Shown one piece after another: positions 53,596-63,258 of a stretch of DNA of 64,000 bases (position 1 is the first letter of the stretch; the number at the start of each line of letters is the position of its first letter). The position numbers and the translations under genes were made by a program. Where the stretch lies: the NCBI GenBank assembly GCA_035717985.1, contig DASTHW010000016.1, positions 65,859 through 129,858 on the forward strand. Direction: 5' to 3'. The notes beneath the pieces are model-generated. The model saw only the letters and a program-made list of their open reading frames with translations, was not told the DNA's origin and made no database searches. Source of the stretch: Candidatus Saccharimonadales bacterium (lineage in GTDB: Bacteria; Patescibacteriota; Saccharimonadia; Saccharimonadales; UBA10212).

Positions 53596-54401
53596 TGAAC
53601 GTTGGCGCCTTTTTAGCTTTAGCGACGGCTAAACTGCAAAAAGCTGGAATCGGTTCGGCGCGGCTGGATAGCTTAATACTGCTGGAGGAAGTATTGGGCA
53701 AAGACCGCTCTTACATACTAGCCCACCTCGACCAACCCCTTAGCGGCCGGCAATTAGGCCGCCTAAATCAGCGGCTGGACCGGCGCTCTAGCCATGAGCC
53801 GCTAGCCTACATCCGCGGCTGGAGCGAGTTTTACGGCCGCATTTTTAAAATAAATAAACGGGTGCTGGAACCACGGCCGGAATCAGAAACGATGATTGAT
53901 TTACTGAAAAAGCTAGCCTTGCCGGCAAAAACTAAAATAGCCGACATCGGTACTGGTTCCGGCTGTCTGGGTATTACCGCCGCCCTGGAAATTACCGCCA
54001 GCACGGTCGATCTTTACGACATTGACAGCGCCGCCCTTGCCGTCGCCCGGCATAATGCCCACCTACATGAGCTGACGGTTGGCGTACATAAAAGAGATTT
54101 ACTAAACCGGCCCGCTAGAGACTACGATGTGATTTTAGCCAACCTGCCCTATATTCCCAGCCATTGGCGTTTGCACCCCTCTATTTTGATGGAGCCCAGA
54201 ATTGCTTTTTTAGGCGGTAAGGACGGACTAGATTTATATCGCCGCATGTTCGCCCAGGCGGCCGGCCGGCCCCGCCCGCCTAAATTTATTCTGACTGAAT
54301 CTATGCCGCCACAACATAGGGGCTTAGAAAAAATTGCTAATGGAAGTAGCTACCAAAAGCAGTCATCCAAAGATTTTATCCAGGTATTTGAGTTGAGATA
54401 G
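53592..54401 (+). CDS. prmC: Release-factor glutamine N5-methyltransferase
   Basis: [10 protein letters not shown] motif I and the NLPYIP motif IV. It overlaps prfA by 4 nt. Confidence 0.9.
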   Translation: MMNVGAFLALATAKLQKAGIGSARLDSLILLEEVLGKDRSYILAHLDQPLSGRQLGRLNQRLDRRSSHEPLAYIRGWSEFYGRIFKINKRVLEPRPESETMIDLLKKLALPAKTKIADIGTGSGCLGITAALEITASTVDLYDIDSAALAVARHNAHLHELTVGVHKRDLLNRPARDYDVILANLPYIPSHWRLHPSILMEPRIAFLGGKDGLDLYRRMFAQAAGRPRPPKFILTESMPPQHRGLEKIANGSSYQKQSSKDFIQVFELR

Positions 54402-54405
54402 GGCC

Positions 54406-55689
54406 TTAAGAGTTCGGGGCGGCCGCCAAAACAGCATTTAAGCTAATCGTTTTTGAGCCGCGCACTACCGTTAAATTCACCGCTTGGCCAACTTTGAACT
54501 GAGTCAGCACGCTAGTTAAACTGTTTTGGCTGTTAATCGAAATGTTATTAACTTTGGTAATTATGTCTTTTTCCTGCAGGCCGGCCTTGTCGGCTGGACT
54601 GCCGGGAATAACCGACGGCGTACCGTCAGGGCTAGGCACAATATAAGCACCTTGATCAACGTTCAAATTGTACTGATAGGCTAGATCCGGCGTCAACGAC
54701 ACGTAACGCACGCCCAGGTACGTCTGCTGGAGCTTACCGGAGGCCAAGACTGAATTTATCAAACCTTTTACGTCATTAATCGGAATGGCAAAACCAATAT
54801 TTTGAGCGCCGCTGGCCACAGCCGTATTAAGGCCAATCACCTGGCCGTTAATGTTCACCAGAGGCCCGCCGGAATTGCCCTCATTTATAGCCGCATCGGT
54901 TTGGAATAGGTCGGTCAAATTTTCCGTGCTGTCACCGGACTGATCACCAGCCTGCACATCACGGCCGTGACCAGAAATAATCCCAGAGGTCACCGTATTT
55001 TGGAACTGGCCCAGAGCATTGCCGATGGCTACCACCTCGTCACCCACCTGCATTTTGGAAGAATCACCAAGAGTTACCGGCGTTAACTTCTTGCCTTTAA
55101 GGTCCCCGATTTTTAGAAAGGCTACATCTAGCGCGCTGGAGTCGCTAGTTCTGCCGATAACCTGAACGTTAGTATATTTAGTACCGTCGGATAGGGTAAC
55201 TGTAACGCTGTCCGTGCCGTCCGGTACTACGTGACGGTTAGTAATGATAATGCCGTCAGAGCTGACGATAAAGCCGGTACCGGCACTCTGCTGAGAGACC
55301 GGCTGGCTAAAACCGAAGAAATCTTGGCTGAGGGTCTGGCTGTTGACGTCAATACTGACCACGCTCTGCCCGACGTTTTTAGCAATGCTGGCAATCAACT
55401 GGCTTTGGTTGGAAATATATTGCTTTTGAGCGGCTATGCTAGTAGGAGAATTGTGACCGCCGTCGTAAATCGACGAACCAACCAGGCCACCCAGCAGACC
55501 TACCAAAAAGCAGATAATTACAATGATAGCTACTAGACCGCCACGCCAGCGCCGCGGATTCTTATCCCTAAACCGGCCTACTTTATCCCAGCTCGGCCGC
55601 GGGATAGTGATGCTGTAATGATCGGGCTTGGTAGTATATTTAGCCGGCTTTGGCTGGGGCCCTGATTGAGGTTTAGTTTGATCTTCCAC
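54406..55689 (-). CDS. htrA: HtrA/DegP-family trypsin-like serine protease with a PDZ domain
   Basis: N-terminal TM, TNRHV (His), the GNSGGPL catalytic Ser motif and a C-terminal PDZ domain. GTG start. Confidence 0.9.
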   Translation of the reverse strand: MEDQTKPQSGPQPKPAKYTTKPDHYSITIPRPSWDKVGRFRDKNPRRWRGGLVAIIVIICFLVGLLGGLVGSSIYDGGHNSPTSIAAQKQYISNQSQLIASIAKNVGQSVVSIDVNSQTLSQDFFGFSQPVSQQSAGTGFIVSSDGIIITNRHVVPDGTDSVTVTLSDGTKYTNVQVIGRTSDSSALDVAFLKIGDLKGKKLTPVTLGDSSKMQVGDEVVAIGNALGQFQNTVTSGIISGHGRDVQAGDQSGDSTENLTDLFQTDAAINEGNSGGPLVNINGQVIGLNTAVASGAQNIGFAIPINDVKGLINSVLASGKLQQTYLGVRYVSLTPDLAYQYNLNVDQGAYIVPSPDGTPSVIPGSPADKAGLQEKDIITKVNNISINSQNSLTSVLTQFKVGQAVNLTVVRGSKTISLNAVLAAAPNS

Positions 55690-55752
55690 TGCTATCTATA
55701 ATTTACTATAAAACTGAACGCCAGCTGAAAATAACTTAAATTTCACACGCTC

Positions 55753-56514
55753 TTAAACAGTGGCGCCGGACCAATCTGATAGTGCCAAGATTACCACCAG
55801 CACAGCCAGCATAATTAGCAAAAGCTGTCTCTTCAATAAAATGGTTAGGCGGTCTTTGGCTGACAGATAATAAAGAGCCGCCAGACCATAACCGACGGCC
55901 GTTAAGATAACAATTATCTGCGGGATGGTGCCGTAATAAAGTAGCCAGTGGCCTAAAAGAAAAGCCAGCGCCGCCGAAAAATAACCCCAGCTGTGCGCCA
56001 GCAATGCCGTATACGGCTCTTCAAAACTAGTTAAGAAATGCCTAGCCGACAAATATGTCACCAGCCAGGTACCGGCCGTCAACAGCAGGAGCGAGCTGTC
56101 GCCAAACTTTAAATATAAAACGAACAGTCCTAACAGCTGGCCTATCATGGCCTGAGCCGACACACTTAAAACATCGCTTTTGGGCTTAAGCCAAATAAGC
56201 CACACCCCGTAAAGAACTGCCCACAGAATTTGCCACCAAACCACCGAGGTGCTGGCCATAAACAATACTAAGGCTAGGCCCACCATTATATCCACGCCGT
56301 TAGCGGTTAAATTGGTCAGCCAGTACCGGGGGCGCACCGCAAACATCCGCCACTTGGCCAAAAAAATCAGAAGTATAGCTAGTCCGACAAAATCAATCCG
56401 GACTAATATGTAGGCCAAAATCGGCAAGAACGCCGATAAAATAATGTGAAAGACGTGAGAAAACCCGCGGGTCGGTCTAATTCGCCAATGAAGTTTGGCT
56501 GGAATCTGCAGCAT
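55753..56514 (-). CDS. Polytopic membrane protein, unknown function
   Basis: 253 aa with about 8 hydrophobic helices. Its start overlaps the LCP gene end by 38 nt. Confidence 0.55.
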   Translation of the reverse strand: MLQIPAKLHWRIRPTRGFSHVFHIILSAFLPILAYILVRIDFVGLAILLIFLAKWRMFAVRPRYWLTNLTANGVDIMVGLALVLFMASTSVVWWQILWAVLYGVWLIWLKPKSDVLSVSAQAMIGQLLGLFVLYLKFGDSSLLLLTAGTWLVTYLSARHFLTSFEEPYTALLAHSWGYFSAALAFLLGHWLLYYGTIPQIIVILTAVGYGLAALYYLSAKDRLTILLKRQLLLIMLAVLVVILALSDWSGATV

Positions 56515-58123
56515 CTCTACCTAAAATTATAACAAAGTTGGTGCCGGCCGGTGCCGAGATACCGGTTCCGGGGGGCATAGAATCAGTAGTAGTTATCTGG
56601 AATCTCTCCTCTAAATAGTGGGCCGTGTACTTATCCTTGCCGTGAGTTAAGTCAACGATAGTAGTCAGCTCTTGGTTGGTCGTATGCGGAGCATTATCAA
56701 CAGTAGTTACTGAATAACCGTAAGATTTTAGTACGTTAGCCGAATCGGCCGCCAGCCCAGAGATAGAAGTGGCATTATAGACGGCAATCTGAGCATTTTC
56801 CTTAGCGATGAAGCTATCGCGCAAGGTGTTACGGATATAGCTGGTTATATCGCTGTAATCAAACAGACCAGCTTTGGGCTTAACAATCGACAGGCCGTTC
56901 ATACTGCCCGTGGTCAACAGATCATGCGGCGGCGTAACTAAGTCCAGCGAAGTAATTTTATTAGATGGAATCTTATTAAAAATTTCTTGCAAGCGGCCCA
57001 CGTTTGATAGCGAGAAATCGGTATAGACATTATTGCCAAAACTATCCAGCAGTGATGATATTTTCACCGGGTTGGTGAAAGTGCCAAGAGATAAAGCCTT
57101 GTTTTTAATGGCTACGATAACGGCTCTTTGCCGCTGAGCCCGGGCAAAGTCAGAGCTGGTTTCTCGTGATCGGGCATAAAGTAGGGCCTGCGCGCCGTAC
57201 ATAGTTTGGACTCCCTGTTTGGCAATATAAGGATTCCAGTGGTTCTCCCAAGCAATAGTCGGATCATAAAGAGTTTCCGGGACATTTACCGTCACACCGC
57301 CCAGGGCGTCAACGGCCTGCTTGAAGGCCGAAAAATCAACTATAACGTGGTAATGAATCGGTATACCGATAATCGGCTCTAGTGTTTTATCCAACAGCGC
57401 TAGGCCGTCCTTCGTCTGGCCGGATACCGTTTTGGCAGTAGACTCGGCCTTGCCGTCAGGATAGGCGGCATTGATTTTTTGGTAGCCATTGCCGGGAATC
57501 TTAACCCACAAATCCCGGGGGATACTAAGCAGTGAGGCATTATTATTAATCGGATCGATGCTCATTATCATCATGGTGTCGGTTAGGTCTGGCCCGTCGT
57601 GTCCGGGCCCACCAATGCCCAGTAACAGTATGTTAACCCGCCCATCACCTTCGCCCTTCAGCTGATTAATATCCACCTGGGCGGCTAAAGCCGGCGCCCC
57701 GCCGCCGCCATGAAATAAATGCTTTTCAGTGGCGTAGAGCTTAACACCAAAGTAGGCCGCACCGATTATTACAAGGCTAAATAGCGCTAGCCCTGCCCTT
57801 TTTAGACGACGCTTAGCTCTTTGATGTTTGTTGACGGAGTGCGGTTTTCGCTTAGTACCTTCTAGCTCTTCACCAAGTAAAATTGGTTCATTAAGTAAAG
57901 CTTCCTCTTCGGCCTCTTCGGGCGTGTGGCTGACGTCCCTCGGTGCTTGGCGCAGAGGGTAAAAGCCGTCTGACCTAGCTCGGTAATTACCCAGCTCACT
58001 GTTAGCTGGATTGGAAGGCTGGTAAGACCGAGGCACAACTGCACCTAGTCCCCGCCCATCGGATACAAAACCATCTATAGAGACCGGGCGCTTTGGTCTC
58101 TGAAACTTTTTGTTATCTTCCAT
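56477..58123 (-). CDS. LytR-CpsA-Psr (LCP) family cell-wall glycopolymer ligase
   Basis: N-terminal TM, then NILLLGIGG...DTMMIMSIDP...LLSIPRDL, plus a C-terminal LytR_C-like domain. Confidence 0.88.
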   Translation of the reverse strand: MEDNKKFQRPKRPVSIDGFVSDGRGLGAVVPRSYQPSNPANSELGNYRARSDGFYPLRQAPRDVSHTPEEAEEEALLNEPILLGEELEGTKRKPHSVNKHQRAKRRLKRAGLALFSLVIIGAAYFGVKLYATEKHLFHGGGGAPALAAQVDINQLKGEGDGRVNILLLGIGGPGHDGPDLTDTMMIMSIDPINNNASLLSIPRDLWVKIPGNGYQKINAAYPDGKAESTAKTVSGQTKDGLALLDKTLEPIIGIPIHYHVIVDFSAFKQAVDALGGVTVNVPETLYDPTIAWENHWNPYIAKQGVQTMYGAQALLYARSRETSSDFARAQRQRAVIVAIKNKALSLGTFTNPVKISSLLDSFGNNVYTDFSLSNVGRLQEIFNKIPSNKITSLDLVTPPHDLLTTGSMNGLSIVKPKAGLFDYSDITSYIRNTLRDSFIAKENAQIAVYNATSISGLAADSANVLKSYGYSVTTVDNAPHTTNQELTTIVDLTHGKDKYTAHYLEERFQITTTDSMPPGTGISAPAGTNFVIILGRDAADSSQTSLAN

Positions 58124-58190
58124 TACGCAAAGACCAGTATACCATCCGAGGTAGGCAAAACGCTTATAGTCAACAGCCCCTGGCCGGGTT

Positions 58191-58196
58191 TATAAT
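58191..58196 (+). promoter_or_regulatory. -10 box (TATAAT) 9 nt upstream of the lepB ATG; candidate leaderless promoter
   Basis: gggttTATAATgattaacttATG. There is no SD. Confidence 0.4.
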
Positions 58197-58205
58197 GATT
58201 AACTT

Positions 58206-58871
58206 ATGGAACAAAACAAACCCGAAGATTCTGCCGGCGAATCGTCTAATTATGACCGGCACCCGCAGTTTAATCTAGCACCCGCCGGACCCTCCAGGTG
58301 GCAGGATTTTTACGGTATTCTTGCGGCTATTTTCACTTTTATAGTCATCCCTGTCGTCATTGCGCTATTTTTAACAGCCTTCGTCATCCAGTCGTATCAG
58401 GTCGACGGCTACAGCATGGAGAAAACTCTAGATAATCATGACCGGCTTATCGTTGATAAGTTACCGCGTAGCTGGGCCCGGATCACCGGTCACCCATACG
58501 TGCCGGCGAGAGGCAATATAATTGTCTTTAATCAAACCGGTTTATCCGACACGATTTATCAAAAACAACTTATTAAGCGGGTTATTGGTCTGCCCGGCGA
58601 ACGGGTTAAGATAGCCGGCGGCACAGTCACTATTTTTAATAAATCTCATCCCAAAGGCTTTGATCCAGACACCAGCGGTCTCTATACCATCAATGCAGAA
58701 GTAACCACCGGCAACGAGGATGTAACTCTAAGCTCCAACGAGATATTCGTAATGGGCGATAACCGCGGCAATTCTGAAGACTCGCGCTACTTTGGCCCCG
58801 TCAAATTAAATAATGTGGTCGGCGAATTAATTCTTCGAATTTTACCAATCGACCATGTTAAAGCATTTTAA
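58206..58871 (+). CDS. lepB: Signal peptidase I
   Basis: VDGYSMEKTL (Ser box), KRVIGLPGE (Lys box) and GDNRGNSEDSR. Confidence 0.92.
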   Translation: MEQNKPEDSAGESSNYDRHPQFNLAPAGPSRWQDFYGILAAIFTFIVIPVVIALFLTAFVIQSYQVDGYSMEKTLDNHDRLIVDKLPRSWARITGHPYVPARGNIIVFNQTGLSDTIYQKQLIKRVIGLPGERVKIAGGTVTIFNKSHPKGFDPDTSGLYTINAEVTTGNEDVTLSSNEIFVMGDNRGNSEDSRYFGPVKLNNVVGELILRILPIDHVKAF

Positions 58872-58897
58872 ATACTGAACAAATTATATACCCGGGC

Positions 58898-59755
58898 CTA
58901 GCCGCGAAGACTGTCCGCTAGGCGACCAAGTTCGGCCTCGTCCTTAAACGAAATAATTAATTGTCCGCCCTTGGCGGTGTGCCTAATGGCCACTTTGGTC
59001 TTTAAATTCTTACTTAGGTCAGCGGCTAAGGCCTGTTCATCAGACTTCAAATCACCTTGCGAGGCCTTTCTTAATTTGATTACATACTCTTCCGCCTGCC
59101 TAACGGTCCACCCGTTGTCTAAAATATAACGCAATAATTCTTCTTGCTTATCACTTTGGCCCCTGAGGGCTAAGATTGCCCTAGCGTGTCCCTCTACAAT
59201 CTTACTCTGTCGCAATGCCTCTCTAGCTGATTCCGGTAACTGTAGTAGTCTGGTTAAATTGCTGACCGTACTCGGAGCCTTACCTAACCTTTTAGCAATC
59301 TGCTCGATGGTCAAATTAAATTGATGTTGTAATTTTAATACCGCTAATGCTTGCTCCAGCGGCGACAAGTCAACTCTTTGGATATTTTCAATTAGAGATA
59401 CCTCTAATTGTTCCAGTTCTTCGAGGCTTCTAACTATAGCCGGCAGTTCTACTAGATTTGCAAGCTGGGCCGCCCGCCAGCGGCGCTCACCAGCCACAAT
59501 TAAGTACCGGTTTGGCGCCTTAGTAGACTTGGAAACTATAATCGGCTGTATCATTCCATGGCGCGCAATTGAAGCCGCCAGATCTTCCAGTGCCCCTTTT
59601 TCAAACTCCCGCCTGGGTTGATCGGGGTTAGGAGTAATATCGGTAATGAGTATTTTTTGTATTCTATCTTTATCTGTCTCCAGAATTCTAGTATCCAAAT
59701 CCTTGGGGATTAGTGCGTCAAAGCCTTTGCCCAATGTTTGTCTCTTAGCCATCAA
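58898..59755 (-). CDS. parB: Chromosome partitioning protein ParB/Spo0J
   Basis: IVAGERRWRAA ParB box and an HTH region. Confidence 0.92.
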   Translation of the reverse strand: MMAKRQTLGKGFDALIPKDLDTRILETDKDRIQKILITDITPNPDQPRREFEKGALEDLAASIARHGMIQPIIVSKSTKAPNRYLIVAGERRWRAAQLANLVELPAIVRSLEELEQLEVSLIENIQRVDLSPLEQALAVLKLQHQFNLTIEQIAKRLGKAPSTVSNLTRLLQLPESAREALRQSKIVEGHARAILALRGQSDKQEELLRYILDNGWTVRQAEEYVIKLRKASQGDLKSDEQALAADLSKNLKTKVAIRHTAKGGQLIISFKDEAELGRLADSLRG

Positions 59756-60507
59756 ACCCTCTTTTCCACTTCTTTGGCTAAAGCTTTATAGGCTCTAGCT
59801 CCTTTACTCCATTTATCGTGTTCATCTATAGTGCGGCCAAAGCTGGGAGCCTCCGCTAGCCGCACATTTCTAGGAATAACTGTAGCAAATACTTTATCGC
59901 CAAAATAGCTTTCAAGTTCCGCTTTTACCTGTCCAGAAAGAGCGTTCCGGTTGTCATAAAGTGTTATTGTCACACCTAAAATATTCAGATCCGGATTGAG
60001 GGCCTGCTTCACTTGGGCTATTACGCTTAATAGCTGGCTCAGTCCTTCCAAAGCATAATACTCCGCCTGGACCGGAATCAGCACGTCACTAGCCGCCGAT
60101 AAGGCGTTGACTGTCAGTAGGCCCAAGGAAGGCGGACAGTCAATAAATACATAGTCATAGTTTAAGCTTCCTAAGACTTGCTTTAGGCGCAGTTCTCTTT
60201 CGGCTAGGGGCACCATTTCGACTTCGGCGCCAGATAGGTTACGATTACTCGGCAGTAAAAACAAATTTTTTTTTGGCAGTTTTTGTATAACAATACTTGC
60301 CTCGGCTCGAGAAAACAGTACGTCGTACAATGTTTGCTTTAAGGAGTTCTTGTCAATGCCCAGACCGCTGGTAGCGTTTGCCTGTGGGTCGGCATCAACT
60401 ACTAAAACCCTATGGCCGGCCCGGGCTAAAAATGAGGCTAGGTTAATGCAGGTAGTAGTTTTGCCTACCCCGCCTTTTTGATTTAAAACAGCTATAATTT
60501 TAGTCAT
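59752..60507 (-). CDS. parA: Chromosome partitioning ATPase ParA/Soj
   Basis: NQKGGVGKTT deviant Walker A. It overlaps parB by 4 nt. Confidence 0.93.
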   Translation of the reverse strand: MTKIIAVLNQKGGVGKTTTCINLASFLARAGHRVLVVDADPQANATSGLGIDKNSLKQTLYDVLFSRAEASIVIQKLPKKNLFLLPSNRNLSGAEVEMVPLAERELRLKQVLGSLNYDYVFIDCPPSLGLLTVNALSAASDVLIPVQAEYYALEGLSQLLSVIAQVKQALNPDLNILGVTITLYDNRNALSGQVKAELESYFGDKVFATVIPRNVRLAEAPSFGRTIDEHDKWSKGARAYKALAKEVEKRV

Positions 60508-60628
60508 TTTTATTATTTAAACCTAACTAAAGATTAGCAGATTTACCTTTAGGGGTAAACGAGGAACCTTCAAGGTGTTCCATCTGTATAGTTTTATCCT
60601 ATAATATGGATGGGTTATAAGAATAAAA

Positions 60629-62545
60629 ATGAAAAAGACAAAAAGGATAAAAAGGATAGCTCAGCCGCTGGCGGCCGTATTGGTTCTTAGCGTCTTTGTT
60701 TTTAGCCTTATTTTATTTATATATAGGCCTTCTGCCCACGCTCAGCTTTTCCTTACCAGCGGCACTTCTTGGACAGTCCCATCGGACTGGAGCACTCTAA
60801 ATAACTCCATTGAGGTCATCGCTGGTGGTGGTGGTGGCGGCGGCGGTTATAGCGGCGGCACTGGTGCCGGCGGTGGTGGCGGTGGTGGTGGCTATACTAA
60901 AGTAATTAATGCTAAATTATCGGCCGGTGCGACAGTCACTATTAATATTGGTGCCGGAGGCGGCGGTGGCGCCACCGCCAGCAGTGGCACTAATGGTGGC
61001 GATACCTACCTATGTAACTCAAATAGAAACTGCTCCAGCTTAACTGATAGCGCCGTTATAGTTGCCGCCCAGGGGGGCGCGGGCGGCTCGCCTGGTAGTG
61101 GTAACTCTACTGGACCGGGCGGCGCGGGTGGCACCACCACCAATGCCACCGGCACCCTAGCATACTCTGGCGGTAACGGTGCAAATGGCGGCGGTGGTGG
61201 TGGCCCGACCGGTCTAGGTGGCGGTGGTGGTGGTGGTGCGGCTGGATTAAATGGAGCCGGTAATGCTGGCTCCTCTACGAGCTCTACCTCTGGTGGCATT
61301 GGTGGTAGTGGAGACACCGGTTTCGGCGGAGCTGGCGGGGCTAGCACCGGTGCCAACGGTAGCGCCGGCACGGAGTACGACGCTAGTCATGGTTCCGGCG
61401 GCGGCGGCGCTGGCGGGCTTGGAGATAATAACAGCAATGGTACCAATGGCGGTAGTGGTGGTACTTACGGTGCCGGTGGCGGTGGCGGCGGCGGGAGTAA
61501 AAAGCGGACCGGTGGTAGTGGCGCCAGCGGCCAACCCGGCCTAATAATAATAAAGTATAGCTACACCTCTCAATCAGATTACCGCTGGCGGCGCGACGAT
61601 GGTAGTGAGACAAGTGGCACTTCCCTAGCCGCACAAGACACACCGGCCACCACTGTTGGCACCAACCCTGTCCGCCTGCGCCTTTTAATAACCCATAAGG
61701 GCGATTCGGCCACTTACTCTTACCGGCTTGAATACACTCCTTATATTAGTAGCTGTGGCGCTAGCTGGACGGCTGTACCTGTTACCGCTACTACTGAGCA
61801 CTTCAATATGTATAATACGCCTAACTATACTGACCAAAGCGCCTCCACTAACGCAACCACCGGCTCAGGCGTAATTTCTGATCCAGCTGGCTATAGTTTT
61901 ACAGCCGGCAAGTTAGTAAAACCGCCGTCCAATAGCGCTAGTTCTATCACTTTAACGACTGGGCAATTTACAGAGCTGGAATACGCTATCCAGCCCAATT
62001 CTAATGCTACTTACCAATCTTACTGCTTTAGGGTAACCAATAACGGCACGCCGCTAGAAAATTATTCTAACTATCCAATCCTTTACTTAAACTTTCCCCC
62101 CGCCGCCCCAACTATCTATAGTGTGGCTAATGGTCAGACCGGCGTATCGCTAACTCCTCAGTACGAGCTAAAAGCCACTGACTTTAACAACGATTATTTA
62201 CAGTACGATGTTGAGGTCTGCCCGACTAACAGCTGGCCGTGCGGTTCCGGCGGCCACGTATATGCCGGCACCTCTTCGTGCTGGGTTGGTCTGGACGCTA
62301 ACAGCAATACCGCCTACAACTCAACTAGCTACCTTTCGGGGTCAGATATGGCCTACTGTTTTACACCAGCTACTGACCAACTCACCTCTAATACTACTTA
62401 TTATATGAGGGCTAGGGCCATTGACCCCGGCGGCAGTGATACCTATGGCCCATATTCTTCGACAGTCAGCTTCACTACCGGTAATTTGCATTTAGATATT
62501 ACTGGGGGTGCCAATATCACTGGCGGCAGTCAACTCGGTAACTAG
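60629..62545 (+). CDS. Secreted glycine-rich-domain protein with C-terminal beta-rich (jelly-roll-like and FN3-like) domains
   Basis: Signal/anchor ending AHA-Q. WTVPSDW...IEVIAGGGGGGGGYSGG...GQPGLIIIKYSY matches the glycine-rich domain pattern seen in phage-fibre-like proteins. This is followed by a YRWRRDDGSE domain and a TYYMRARAIDPGG domain. Confidence 0.7.
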   Translation: MKKTKRIKRIAQPLAAVLVLSVFVFSLILFIYRPSAHAQLFLTSGTSWTVPSDWSTLNNSIEVIAGGGGGGGGYSGGTGAGGGGGGGGYTKVINAKLSAGATVTINIGAGGGGGATASSGTNGGDTYLCNSNRNCSSLTDSAVIVAAQGGAGGSPGSGNSTGPGGAGGTTTNATGTLAYSGGNGANGGGGGGPTGLGGGGGGGAAGLNGAGNAGSSTSSTSGGIGGSGDTGFGGAGGASTGANGSAGTEYDASHGSGGGGAGGLGDNNSNGTNGGSGGTYGAGGGGGGGSKKRTGGSGASGQPGLIIIKYSYTSQSDYRWRRDDGSETSGTSLAAQDTPATTVGTNPVRLRLLITHKGDSATYSYRLEYTPYISSCGASWTAVPVTATTEHFNMYNTPNYTDQSASTNATTGSGVISDPAGYSFTAGKLVKPPSNSASSITLTTGQFTELEYAIQPNSNATYQSYCFRVTNNGTPLENYSNYPILYLNFPPAAPTIYSVANGQTGVSLTPQYELKATDFNNDYLQYDVEVCPTNSWPCGSGGHVYAGTSSCWVGLDANSNTAYNSTSYLSGSDMAYCFTPATDQLTSNTTYYMRARAIDPGGSDTYGPYSSTVSFTTGNLHLDITGGANITGGSQLGN

Positions 62546-62600
62546 ATAGCCGGCTTTTTCAGCTTGTGGATTATAACTATAAGAGCTATCTTAATAATCA

Positions 62601-63254
62601 ATGGACTATGAAGATCTGCGCCAAAGGTACCGGCACGATTACACCGGCGAACGGATCAATACGGCTCCACCCGCTAGCTCTCCTACCCCTATAATCCCAG
62701 ATGTCGCCGAACTACCGCAGGCCACTACCGTTGGTACCCAGAAGGTAAAAGTTAATAAATTTAGCCGGCTCAGTGCTAAGTTAATGGTACTTTCTATGGC
62801 TGTCCTATTACTGATCGCCGGAGCGGGTTTTGGCGCTCATTATTTTTTAGTCAAAAAGTCATCCCCCATACCTGTTAATATCAGCCGGTCGGTAAACTTC
62901 CCCTTGCTATATCCGGCTAAATTGCCAGCCGGGTATAAGATTGATCCCTCATCCTTTTCTAGCGCTAACGACGTGGTGCTCTTTTCAGCGCGCACTACCT
63001 CTGGTCAGAAGATAGTTTTTACGGTTCAGAAAAGACCGCCTACTTTTGACTTTGGGACTTTTTATCAGCAGGGTTTAGCCAGTGCCGCCGTCTTTAATAC
63101 CGGTGCCGGTCAGGCGGCTATCGGCCGGGCCAACGGTCAATTAATCGGCAGTTTGGCCACTGATCAAAGCTGGCTAATCGTTAGCCCCTCCAGGGGTAAT
63201 ATCTCAGCCGATAGTCTTAGACTAATCTTAAACAGCGTTAAAGCCTCTCATTAA
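62601..63254 (+). CDS. Single-pass membrane protein, unknown function
   Basis: Cytoplasmic N-terminus, a TM (LMVLSMAVLLLIAGAGFGAHYFL) and an extracytoplasmic beta-rich domain. Confidence 0.55.
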   Translation: MDYEDLRQRYRHDYTGERINTAPPASSPTPIIPDVAELPQATTVGTQKVKVNKFSRLSAKLMVLSMAVLLLIAGAGFGAHYFLVKKSSPIPVNISRSVNFPLLYPAKLPAGYKIDPSSFSSANDVVLFSARTTSGQKIVFTVQKRPPTFDFGTFYQQGLASAAVFNTGAGQAAIGRANGQLIGSLATDQSWLIVSPSRGNISADSLRLILNSVKASH

Positions 63255-63258
63255 CAAA

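Noticed and set aside
60508-60628. Possible oriC/DnaA-box cluster upstream of parA.
   Set aside because: There is only one partial TTATCC match (in gttttatcctataat). There is no array of DnaA boxes and no adjacent dnaA or dnaN.
61006-61643. Antisense and alternative-frame ORFs within the glycine-rich gene (61006..61371 minus, 61247..61534 minus, 61251..61544 plus, 61383..61643 minus).
   Set aside because: They are artefacts of GGN/NCC triplet repeats (poly-Pro, poly-Ala and poly-Arg translations). The plus-frame protein has a signal peptide and structured domains.
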